Below are positions 56,701-64,000 of a stretch of 64,000 nt of DNA, piece by piece. Location: NCBI GenBank assembly GCA_963842525.1, contig CAWJGT010000014.1, forward strand, positions 196,602 to 260,601, given 5' to 3'. Source of the stretch: an uncultured Holophagales bacterium (GTDB lineage: Bacteria > Acidobacteriota > Thermoanaerobaculia > Multivoradales > UBA5704). A program made the translations under genes and the position numbers. How positions within the stretch are numbered: the stretch's first letter is position 1; each line of letters opens with the position of its first letter. The notes under the pieces are model-generated. The model worked only from the letters and a program-made list of their open reading frames with translations, was not told the DNA's origin and made no database searches.

Positions 56701-57720
56701 ATGCTCGCCCCTGATCTGCGCAATCGCCTGCAGACCGATATCCAGAACGAGAGGGAGCGTTTCCTTGCCACTCCCGAAGGGAGCCTCTATCATCTGATTG
56801 CGCTCGCCGACTACTACGCCTACTGCATCTTCCCGGTGCGCAAAGCCGCAGGGGCGGGACAAGGAATGATCATTCCCTTAGGCTCGATGCAGAACCTCGT
56901 GTGCCATGAGCTGCGAGCGGAGTGGCGGACCGAGCAGAAGCGCAACGAGCCCAATGCCAAACGTCTCGAGGAAGAGGTCCGCCGGGTGCTCCAGAGCCTC
57001 GCAACCTGGAGCAAGCCGGCTTACCGCGACCAGCGGCAGATCGTGCCCGGCACGCCCGAAATGCCCGAGAGCGAGCGCCTGGAAGAGTGGGGATTGCTCA
57101 ATCTTGCCGCCGGGGCTGTCCGGTCCTTCGTCGCCGACGGGCTCATTCCGCAGACCCGCGATCGCCTGGGCAATCTGATCCTGCGTTTTCCCCGGCTGGC
57201 CCTCGACTGGCCCTGGTTCGAAAAGGAGGCGGAGAAGCCGGCGACGCCGAGCGTGAGCTGGTCCTACCGTGGCGACGCAGGGCAGGAGCAAGGGCTCTCA
57301 GCCGACGAGATCGCCGAGCGCGTGAGGCGCAAGCCTGGAGAGACGCATCGCGTCTGGTCGAAAGGTATGGACAACTGGAGGAATGCCCAGGAGGTTCCGG
57401 AGATCGCGCAGCTCCTCGCGACGCCCGACGGACCGCCGGTCGACACAGTGGACTCAGAGAAGACATCACCTCCTCCCGACGATGGCGAGATGCCTCCACC
57501 CTTGGTGGAGCCCGGGGATGGCGAACCGCTCTTCTTCTATGCCTGTGACGATCGGCAGATGGGAAAGCTCTCGGCCGACGAAATCGCCCTGCGTGTCGCC
57601 GAGACACCTGGAAGCGTCCATCGGGTCTGGACCAAATCGTTCGGATCGAGCTGGAAAGCGGCTCTGGACGTTCCGGAGATCGCCACCAGGATGCCGGACC
57701 TGCCCCCGCCGCTTTCGTGA
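53731..57720 (+). CDS. large tubulin/FtsZ-like GTPase (Tubulin_2 / FtsZl1 type) with coiled coils and two C-terminal GYF_2-like domains
   Basis: IALGGTG, IDTD, GAGQIRQLSR, LAGGTGSG, ANGFATLKEL; RVWSKGMDNWRNAQEVPEI and RVWTKSFGSSWKAALDVPEI. Confidence 0.85.
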   Translation: MVETSVMTRRIIGGVSEAEEADYTKRLEEEARKRERGIYPRTIFIALGGTGAKALMHMRRMVIERFGGLDSLEGVAYLSIDTDVRSQEPSPEEEKKSPLDKAISFAKDERVNVKVDFKNYVGPNLIHHPQIREWWDEAALPNTEFNLEIGAGQIRQLSRLAFFTNRDEIQEGIGRAYRKVTSISVEGSRVDTASKVRIVIVAGLAGGTGSGMLFDLAAQLQDQLGHHETPSLEAFLVLPGGFSTVEQGKNYPKIAANGFATLKELNHYLVHPFSVRWQAQSLPIEVLGLFERYVLFSGTNASNEHLSDLADCYRAIGEILFLDFGAGPMAGWIQGVRVNRQQYLRSAITNTYRLSRPDGGSLETHADQWKTAFSSAGVSKLVFPSWRLINKAKYELAAQMVALMDPGRISKLADILNTHRDRFLFDCGFLQGDRQTDQGRETHSQVRDRLAKQLNAGLEVNNVYEHIQKYQEELVGLAENMYTEKNTVEMGAEVWKKLASLWGDPYSKGNEGDWPKQIWENRRALAKEVHERLPAVIEDYRRKPAVGLSGVMALLKEILQLLERPAEQARYSDWFRQQRQSLKRTMDESQTLWDKRLRNADRASRGIGSNKDNHQAAVRQAADALGDYSRARVNDYICDQAPEALRAIRASLAEQLGRLERISEKMMALESEYLSFSRFYDAPQRSFIVHEIAPPANLGDLLEPYLGRQPEERAERLQRLLDKGLRQMNLNALEDIGEKLSGEFEKFRDNLAAQAFYALRGEGGRTAAFVENPDDAVPGFIERYSVFKVLKENYNAEQRREMFGQLFRKGLPWAQQNRSEAIVVEYRPHGDAFLGYVAEEYQDIAREMLAQMQAGASTLFLPRPVRAYDPSEIIFYSELTAFPAYYLSELSDLKRHYETLLNDTKSVTPLHIDQDFHQFQPLMPFNPGQLSSYKHAWQLFVQAQMLGLVRSLRLRADDDVRLVYQWRRKVGAFDVQWTDLGAEGRAIERLMLAPDLRNRLQTDIQNERERFLATPEGSLYHLIALADYYAYCIFPVRKAAGAGQGMIIPLGSMQNLVCHELRAEWRTEQKRNEPNAKRLEEEVRRVLQSLATWSKPAYRDQRQIVPGTPEMPESERLEEWGLLNLAAGAVRSFVADGLIPQTRDRLGNLILRFPRLALDWPWFEKEAEKPATPSVSWSYRGDAGQEQGLSADEIAERVRRKPGETHRVWSKGMDNWRNAQEVPEIAQLLATPDGPPVDTVDSEKTSPPPDDGEMPPPLVEPGDGEPLFFYACDDRQMGKLSADEIALRVAETPGSVHRVWTKSFGSSWKAALDVPEIATRMPDLPPPLS

Positions 57721-57738
57721 TAAGGAAGGAGGTGCTCC

Positions 57739-59793
57739 ATGTCTGGCATCCGCGATTGGAGGCGTCTCTGGCGATTCCTCGCGTTGCCTCTTGTCCTGGC
57801 CCTTCTCGCGTGCTCGGACGAGCCCGGGCGCCGAGGACAGCGGCGCATCTCGTCCGTACCGCGGGTGGCCTACCGGGGCCACAGTCCAGATTTTCCGTTG
57901 CAGGCAGTCTCGCTGGCGGCGCTCCAACGGCGCCTCGCCTCCTGCGCAGCCCGGCGGCACGCCTGCCCCGCCGAAGCCGTGAGCCTGGGGGGCCTCACCC
58001 GCCTCCTGGGCTACACGGTGGATGCCGCCCGTCACGACATCGTGCTCCTGGGGCTCGTGGATCCGGCAGCACCACCGATCCACACTGCCGACTTCGTCAT
58101 CGCCTTGCGCAACGCCTGGTTCCGGTATGCTCCTCTCAAAGGAAATGTGCGGGAGTATTCCTATCCCGGCTGTGACATCCGTCCGGGCCAGGAAGCCGCC
58201 CAGCAGCTCACACGGCTCGAAAAGGAAATCTCCTCACACACCTCACCGGATTCCTTCAAAAGCGACGCAGAAAAGTGGCGCCGGGTCTGCCGGTTGCGGC
58301 AGCGGGTGAGCGTCATCGGTGTACCTCATGACAGCCATTTCGGGCACGTCATGGTGATCGCGGATTACCACATGAAAAAGCTGGCCGACGGCTCCGACGA
58401 TCTGGCAATCCCCGGCCTTGCGAGCCTGTCGGATCTCCGGATGGCGGAAGCCCGTCAAGCTGTCCTGGCCGGGCGCTCCGGCAGCTTCGGCTCCAGCATG
58501 AATCGATTCTGGTTGTCCCCCGGCGAGAACGAGTACGCCGGGACGGAAGGCACTTTTTTCCTGCAATGGTCGCCCGTCCAGGTGCGGACTCACTCCTCGG
58601 GGATCGACTCCGCGGGCAACGTCCGGGATACCGAAGGAACAGACGCTCTGGCGGAGGATTTCGCTCTGCGCTTTTCCCTGCTCTACGAGCAGGTAGCTCA
58701 GCGGCGGCCGGTTTATCGCGAGCTGGAGAGCTTGTTCCATCTCGTGGCCCTCTCCAAGGCGATGCACAGCAATCAGGCGGACCGCTCAGCGGGCCTCTCG
58801 CTTAGATATCTTCTTCACAAGTTTCCCTTGGTGAAGCAGCCTGTCCCCCAGGAAGTTCCCGGACGGCCCAGGGTCAGGGAATTCCAGCATCGCCAAGAGA
58901 CACCTGACGGTGCGACGACCGTTTATCTGCAGATGCCCAGTTGCGGCGGCGTCGACATTCGCCTCGAGCCCGAGCCTGTCCAGCCGCTCCCTTCCGAGCA
59001 GGCGAGACTCCGAGACAACGCCCTGCAGAACCATCCCCAGAATGCCATCGCCTGGCCGGTAGAGATCAATCCCGCCGTTCAGACCAGCCTCCAGACCAAC
59101 CGCCGTCTGCGCCGCATCAACCGCACCAACAAACCCCTGGTCCTTGTGGTCGAGGACGCAGGCTCGGCCTATCGACTCCACGACGGTACGACATCCGTAG
59201 CCTACACGGACTTCGATGTGTCGAAGATCCTCCAGCGCGCCTCGGATCTGGCGCGGGGCAAGGAAACGAGCAGCATATACATCGAGACGAAGGGTTTTTC
59301 CGCGGACAGGAAGAGCGCTTTCGACGAGAGCTGCCGCGTCCAGCTCGCGCGGATGGATACAGACTTCAGATTGCACACCCTCCACGATGCTCCTGGAACC
59401 TTGAGCGAAGAGGCTCTTTTCTCTCGCAGTGTCCGGATCGAGCTTCCTTCCGGTCCCGCCGTGCAGATCACCGAGGGTCCTCACCGCGGCTTCTTTAAAA
59501 AGGCTTGCCACGCTGTCGTGACCCTCGGCAAAGGGTCCGTGAAGGTGACGTTGACCGTCATCGCCCGCAGCGCGGAGATCCTGGACCGCTTCTTCGAGCT
59601 GCTAGGCCTTCGTCTCTCGTTGGCTGACAGCCTGCCGTTCAGCCTGCTCGACGTCACCGATCAAGTGTGGCGTGACCTGAAGGAGGAGTATCCGGACGTG
59701 ACAGATGACGACCTCAAGATCCTCATCGAGGATCAAACCGGCAACACGTATGTGGTGTCTGTCGAGACACCGAGAAGCGAGGCGGCGGCTTGA
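57739..59793 (+). CDS. lipoprotein with DUF1598-like domain
   Basis: LLAC lipobox; GGLTRL, DIVLLG, FVIALR, GCDIRP, GVPHDSHF, ADYHMK, NRFW. Confidence 0.6.
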   Translation: MSGIRDWRRLWRFLALPLVLALLACSDEPGRRGQRRISSVPRVAYRGHSPDFPLQAVSLAALQRRLASCAARRHACPAEAVSLGGLTRLLGYTVDAARHDIVLLGLVDPAAPPIHTADFVIALRNAWFRYAPLKGNVREYSYPGCDIRPGQEAAQQLTRLEKEISSHTSPDSFKSDAEKWRRVCRLRQRVSVIGVPHDSHFGHVMVIADYHMKKLADGSDDLAIPGLASLSDLRMAEARQAVLAGRSGSFGSSMNRFWLSPGENEYAGTEGTFFLQWSPVQVRTHSSGIDSAGNVRDTEGTDALAEDFALRFSLLYEQVAQRRPVYRELESLFHLVALSKAMHSNQADRSAGLSLRYLLHKFPLVKQPVPQEVPGRPRVREFQHRQETPDGATTVYLQMPSCGGVDIRLEPEPVQPLPSEQARLRDNALQNHPQNAIAWPVEINPAVQTSLQTNRRLRRINRTNKPLVLVVEDAGSAYRLHDGTTSVAYTDFDVSKILQRASDLARGKETSSIYIETKGFSADRKSAFDESCRVQLARMDTDFRLHTLHDAPGTLSEEALFSRSVRIELPSGPAVQITEGPHRGFFKKACHAVVTLGKGSVKVTLTVIARSAEILDRFFELLGLRLSLADSLPFSLLDVTDQVWRDLKEEYPDVTDDDLKILIEDQTGNTYVVSVETPRSEAAA

Positions 59794-60404
59794 CCGCTGA
59801 GGGACTCGCCGATCGGGTCTCGCGGCCGCGGGACTGCGCCTTCGCAGTGGGTATCCCGACGTCCGAGGATGGATACCGGCGGAGTCTCCATTCTCCCGAG
59901 GAAAGCTTTGTGAGGCGCCACGGCACCTATGACCGGTATTGGCACGAGATCGTGCGTCCGTTCCAATTGCTTGCGCACGATGTCAAGAGGTTCGGCGTAC
60001 GCCTGGTTCGGGACCTCACCCTTGATCATTTTGGATCTCTCTGTCGCGACGAGGACGTGCATGTCGTGATCCTCTTCTCGCACTGGGACGAAAGCGGCGT
60101 CGAGCTCTATGACGGCTTCGCGTCGACGGACAGGATCATCGAACGCGTGCCCGACCAGGGCTCGGCTGTCCTCGACCTCTGCGTCTGCCATCCTTGCGAG
60201 CTGGTGTCCCGGCTCCATGCCGAACGGAATGCCTACCTGATCTACTTCCGGAACATCGAGGCGAAGCCCCGATTCTGGTTGCGCTTCTATCCGGCCCTGT
60301 TCCGTTCCCTCCACCGGCGCCCGAACAACTATCTCAAGGCGTTCACCGAACTACAGATCAGCCTTCTCCAGCGGTACCGAGCTTCCGCGACAGGTGCAAG
60401 ATGA
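59790..60404 (+). CDS. hypothetical protein, possibly divergent caspase/CHAT-fold
   Basis: overlaps both neighbours by 4 nt; VVILFSHW..VELYDG..VLDLCVC. Confidence 0.55.
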   Translation: MTAEGLADRVSRPRDCAFAVGIPTSEDGYRRSLHSPEESFVRRHGTYDRYWHEIVRPFQLLAHDVKRFGVRLVRDLTLDHFGSLCRDEDVHVVILFSHWDESGVELYDGFASTDRIIERVPDQGSAVLDLCVCHPCELVSRLHAERNAYLIYFRNIEAKPRFWLRFYPALFRSLHRRPNNYLKAFTELQISLLQRYRASATGAR

Positions 60405-62455
60405 CCGACGCTTCGAAACCGATTGCGAGACCCACTCTGCGGCAGAGCCTTGAAGCGTACCTGGCAAGCCTCGATCGCCTGGAGGAGCCGGGCCTCGGCC
60501 CGCGCGGGAAAGCTCCGCGTTCAGCGACCTCCGCGGACAGTACCTGGCTCCGGGCCTCCCTGCGGGAAGTCAAAGCCAGCCAGCGCCGTCTCTTTGCTCT
60601 CTGCGTCGCCGTCCTCTGCGTGATCTTTGCGATCCAGGTGGGCCTCCTGCTGTACAGCCTCCTGGCAAAGAACCCGGTCGGCAGCGCGATCGGCGGTGGA
60701 GTGGTCGTGTTCCTGCCGGTTCTCTGGTGGTTGCGCCGGCTGTGGATCGACAACTTCATCCTGCATCTCGCCGAGAAGATCATCGTCGAGCTGCCACCCG
60801 AGCAACAGGTCAAAACGATCGAGCTCCTCTATTGGGGTTCCCTGATGCCGAAAGGTAAGAAGCCTGCAGGAGCTGGTCTGAAATGCAGTGATCTTGACTC
60901 TCGTCGGCGTCAGCCAGAGAGATTGGAGGAAGTAGTGGAGAGCACTAATTCGGAGAAAGAGGCCAGCACAGGTACGCCCGTTTCTCTCAAAGATCGTTTT
61001 GCGGTCCAGGCACGCGATGTTGTGCTCATTGGCGTCGTCGTCCTACTCATCGGCGCTTGGGTCATCGTGCGCGGCAATCAAGCGTCCGCGGGTCTGCTCG
61101 GCCGCCCACTCCGCGTTGGCATTGTGCCCTGGCCGGGCTACGCCGGCGGTCTTGTCGCCAACAACGGGCTGCGAGCTAATAAGGATTCGGATTTCTGGAG
61201 AAACCACAACCTGCTCGTGCAGTTCGCGATCGTTCCCGACGAGGCGCAACTGCGTAAGGATTTCGCGCGCGGTGGAGAGAAAGGTGGAGTCGACATCATG
61301 TGGTCCACCGTCGACTCGCTGGCCCAACAGTTTCCAAGTTTTGCGAAGGAAGATCTCAAACCCCGTGCCATTATGCAGGTCGACTGGTCTCGCGGCGGCG
61401 ACGCGATCATCGCAAGCGCGGGAATTGAACGCATCGAGGATCTGAGGGGAAAGAAGATTGCCGTTTCCATGGCCGCCTCGCAATGGCTACTCGAGTACAG
61501 CCTCGAGAACTCGAGCCTGACCGGCGCCGAGCGGACGGAGATCCGAAACCGCCGTCTCACGACCAGCGGCTCACAGGAAGCTCGCGACCTGTTCGTCAAC
61601 GGCGACGTCGACGCCGCCGTCCTCTGGGAACCCGACGTCACTGAGGCCATCAACCGGCGACCCGGGGCGAACAAGCTGATCGACACAAGCGCAGCGGCCA
61701 ATCTGATCGCAGACGTCATGGTTGCGAAGGAAGAGTTCATCCGGGAACACCCCAAGGTCATCGACGCCTTCATCCGAGGTTGGCTCCTCGACGGGACGAC
61801 GAAGGCGATCGGCAATCCGATGCTGGCCGTCAAGGCGTTGCTGGAGGAGCCGGACTTCGAGAGACTGGGTGAGAAGACGACTCACAAGCTGCTCGGAACG
61901 GTGGCGTTCGCCACGCTGGACGAGAATGCGAGGATGTTTGGCCTGTCAGACGGCGACCCCCTCTTTGGACCTCTTTTCAACGAAGCCGGTCAGCTCTGGC
62001 TGAGAAACGGCTACATCACGGCCCAGGCGATCGCTGAGCAGGCGCAGGACATTCGCTCGCTGCGGGAGATTCACAGCGCGGAACTGGGGTCTCTGGCGGC
62101 AAGAGCGGTCTGCGGCTCGGAGCGCATGACGAAGGAGCTCTCCGTCGTCTTCCCTCCAGGCAAGGCGGAGCTGAGCCCGGAGGCGCAGCGCAGCCTCGAC
62201 GACGAGATCTCGCTCCTCGTCCGGACGTTGTCCGAGTTCCGCTTCTGCATTGAGGCTGTCAAGGCTGCAGGGGAAGATCCTCAGCGTGACCTCGAGCTCA
62301 GAAAGGCTCGCGAGGCCGAAGTCATCAAGCATCTGGTTGAACGTTACAATTTATCACGGAGCCGGTTCGTTTCCGTGAGCGCCGGTATCCCCGAAACTGC
62401 CAACGGCGGGAAAGCTTCACAATACATACGCCTGAGGTTGGTCAGCGGGGATTAG
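60401..62455 (+). CDS. N-terminal membrane domain + SBP + degenerate OmpA-like domain (copy 3)
   Basis: ATG at 60401; GRPLRVGIVPWPGY, DWSRGGDAII, DAAVLWEP; OmpA motifs eroded. Confidence 0.8.
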   Translation: MTDASKPIARPTLRQSLEAYLASLDRLEEPGLGPRGKAPRSATSADSTWLRASLREVKASQRRLFALCVAVLCVIFAIQVGLLLYSLLAKNPVGSAIGGGVVVFLPVLWWLRRLWIDNFILHLAEKIIVELPPEQQVKTIELLYWGSLMPKGKKPAGAGLKCSDLDSRRRQPERLEEVVESTNSEKEASTGTPVSLKDRFAVQARDVVLIGVVVLLIGAWVIVRGNQASAGLLGRPLRVGIVPWPGYAGGLVANNGLRANKDSDFWRNHNLLVQFAIVPDEAQLRKDFARGGEKGGVDIMWSTVDSLAQQFPSFAKEDLKPRAIMQVDWSRGGDAIIASAGIERIEDLRGKKIAVSMAASQWLLEYSLENSSLTGAERTEIRNRRLTTSGSQEARDLFVNGDVDAAVLWEPDVTEAINRRPGANKLIDTSAAANLIADVMVAKEEFIREHPKVIDAFIRGWLLDGTTKAIGNPMLAVKALLEEPDFERLGEKTTHKLLGTVAFATLDENARMFGLSDGDPLFGPLFNEAGQLWLRNGYITAQAIAEQAQDIRSLREIHSAELGSLAARAVCGSERMTKELSVVFPPGKAELSPEAQRSLDDEISLLVRTLSEFRFCIEAVKAAGEDPQRDLELRKAREAEVIKHLVERYNLSRSRFVSVSAGIPETANGGKASQYIRLRLVSGD

Positions 62456-62476
62456 AACTGGGAGGACGGTTACTGT

Positions 62477-63316
62477 ATGAGCCTTTCGAAGTGGTGGTAT
62501 CCTGGCCTCAGGGCAATCGTGGAAACCGCGAATCTGGTAGCATTGGCCATCCTTTGCGTAGCATCCTTCCTCACGATCGATTGGGTGCTCTTCGGCGTCG
62601 GTATCGCGCTGGAGGCGACCTATCTGGGTTGGCGGTCCAGATCACCCCATTACAGGAGGCAACTTGAATTGCGGGCGGAGTCTGGCAAGCCTGATCTGGA
62701 CCCTCTGGATCCCCTGCTTCTAGTGGTCACCGTCACGGGCTTTGTAGTCATCCTGTTCTTCGGATTTGGAAAGCATCTGCTGAACCATCGCTTCCCGGAC
62801 CTGACGCATGCGGAAGGCTGGGAGGCTGGCGCGATCGTATGGACGGGTCTATTCCTTCTTTACTACCTCGTCAAGTTTCGTGCGACCGGCAACTTTATCG
62901 TTGACAAGTTTGTCATCGTGATCATCGCGTTCTTGGGCGCCGTGCTGCTCATCCTGGCATGGAGCTCGATGGGGAGGTGGGCCGACCACATTCCGTTCGT
63001 CATGGCGATCGGCTTCTGCTTTCTCATCATCGATGGCTTGAGCATGCTTTTTCACCCCGACGAAAAGGAGAAGATGCTGTCCAGAAATTCCTTATGGTGG
63101 GTCGATGTCCCGATGGTCTTCGCATTTGCGGTGCTCTGGGGGTATCTCTTGATGCACCGTGACACGGAGAATCCCGATGTTTTCGTCTCTGGAGTCATCT
63201 CATGCCAGCTCCTGATTTCGAACGCGGCCTTCGTCGTCATGGAGTTCGGGCTGCTCCAACCTCCTCACGTAGCAAGCGCCGATGAGGTCGCGAGTTCCAA
63301 GAGCGCGGAGGAGTGA
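62477..63316 (+). CDS. multi-TM membrane protein, homologous to the N-terminus of 40570-42561
   Basis: GGAGG RBS; WEAGAIVW..YY, DVPMV, GVISCQLLISN shared motifs. Confidence 0.75.
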   Translation: MSLSKWWYPGLRAIVETANLVALAILCVASFLTIDWVLFGVGIALEATYLGWRSRSPHYRRQLELRAESGKPDLDPLDPLLLVVTVTGFVVILFFGFGKHLLNHRFPDLTHAEGWEAGAIVWTGLFLLYYLVKFRATGNFIVDKFVIVIIAFLGAVLLILAWSSMGRWADHIPFVMAIGFCFLIIDGLSMLFHPDEKEKMLSRNSLWWVDVPMVFAFAVLWGYLLMHRDTENPDVFVSGVISCQLLISNAAFVVMEFGLLQPPHVASADEVASSKSAEE

Positions 63317-63869
63317 GCTCCTCTGAGCTCCTGCAGCGCCTGGATCCGATCCGAAGGTTCGGCCCGATATACTCGAAAGCTCGGCGCCGTAGCCGGTACT
63401 TCAGTGCCGTCGAGGTGTCAGTCCCCACAGACCAGATGACCCAGCGTTCGGGCCGTAGTGTGTCGTTCCGCGGGCTAAGCGAGATGCTCTTCTCCTTTTG
63501 GGGCCGGGCAGAAGGCCAAGCGCGTGCCGGCGCGGCAGGCATACTCCATGTGGCGTGGGTACCACGGCGCGAGAAGATAGAAGAAGAGGCATATAATCAT
63601 CGCCGACACTGCGAAGAATTCCGCGCCGATAGGGACATACTTCTCGAACCAGATCAGTTGTTGGTCGGATGTTGGGGGCGTGTCCATGCTCCATCCCTTT
63701 CCATCGCTCTCTGGGCGATGCATTCGAGCCTCTGTGCTCGTGGAGCTTGCCCATCTCCGAATAGACACGATCCGCGGAAGAAAGTTGAGATCCATCCGCT
63801 CCACCCAAGGTGACTCGAATGCTCACAAATACCGTCGCCCGTTTTTCTGGATGTTGTCGGCTGTTCTGT

Positions 63870-63943
63870 CGGATCTTCTTCCCGAGACACCGTCTCCCAC
63901 GGAGAGCTCCGTATCCGAATGGGAGAGCGAAGTCATCAAATGA
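63870..63943 (+). pseudogene. short remnant similar to the PPC gene 33177-33968
   Basis: VSEWESEVIK* versus VSEWESEVVK. Confidence 0.45.
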
Positions 63944-64000
63944 CAGAAGCGGGGGCGATCAGGGCGGGGGGCCTTACCCCTCCCCGCCCGCCTCCACCCC

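Noticed and set aside
53731-57720. Canonical ftsZ
   Set aside because: Far too long, Tubulin_2-type motifs, not in a dcw cluster
63313-63826. ORFs on either strand after the last cluster gene
   Set aside because: No motifs or clear RBS; probably degraded or intergenic sequence

Overview
High-GC bacterial DNA. The gene style (TPR proteins with HLxxxCxxC, ECF-kinase pair, KKLxL-leader peptide) suggests Acidobacteriota/Thermoanaerobaculia, but this is inference only. No rRNA, tRNA or CRISPR array was seen. Layout: (1) 1-6.9 kb, mixed genes. (2) 6.9-15.5 kb, a rearranged accessory zone. It holds two inverted FGE-sulfatase/CLec C-terminal copies whose last ~78 nt differ in the way DGR variable regions do, flanking a REP-associated Y1 transposase. 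It also has a decayed NACHT-CLec gene, an APH-like kinase, an orphan RiPP-like precursor, a degenerate 21-nt array and a TIR-TM gene. (3) 15.8-27.3 kb, an FHA / PP2C / two Ser-Thr kinases / RodA-PBP fusion / FHA operon. (4) 27.4-34 kb, ferredoxin with a duplicated 5' end around an AAA-nuclease gene, a kinase-TPR plus ECF sigma pair, and a PPC-domain secreted protein. (5) 34.3-63.3 kb, a tightly packed 19-gene co-directional cluster: three SBP-OmpA fusions, ABC transporter, PRMT-like methyltransferase, membrane-WD40, TIR, Zn-ribbon/Ig/Hsp70-like ATPase, membrane-anchored GrpE-like, propeller-like, vWA, tubulin/FtsZ-like-GYF, DUF1598-like lipoprotein and a possible caspase/CHAT-like protein. This cluster and the DGR-like pair are the best candidates for undescribed systems. 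Several single-base frameshifts may be assembly errors. All family assignments come from motif recognition by eye, not from database searches.
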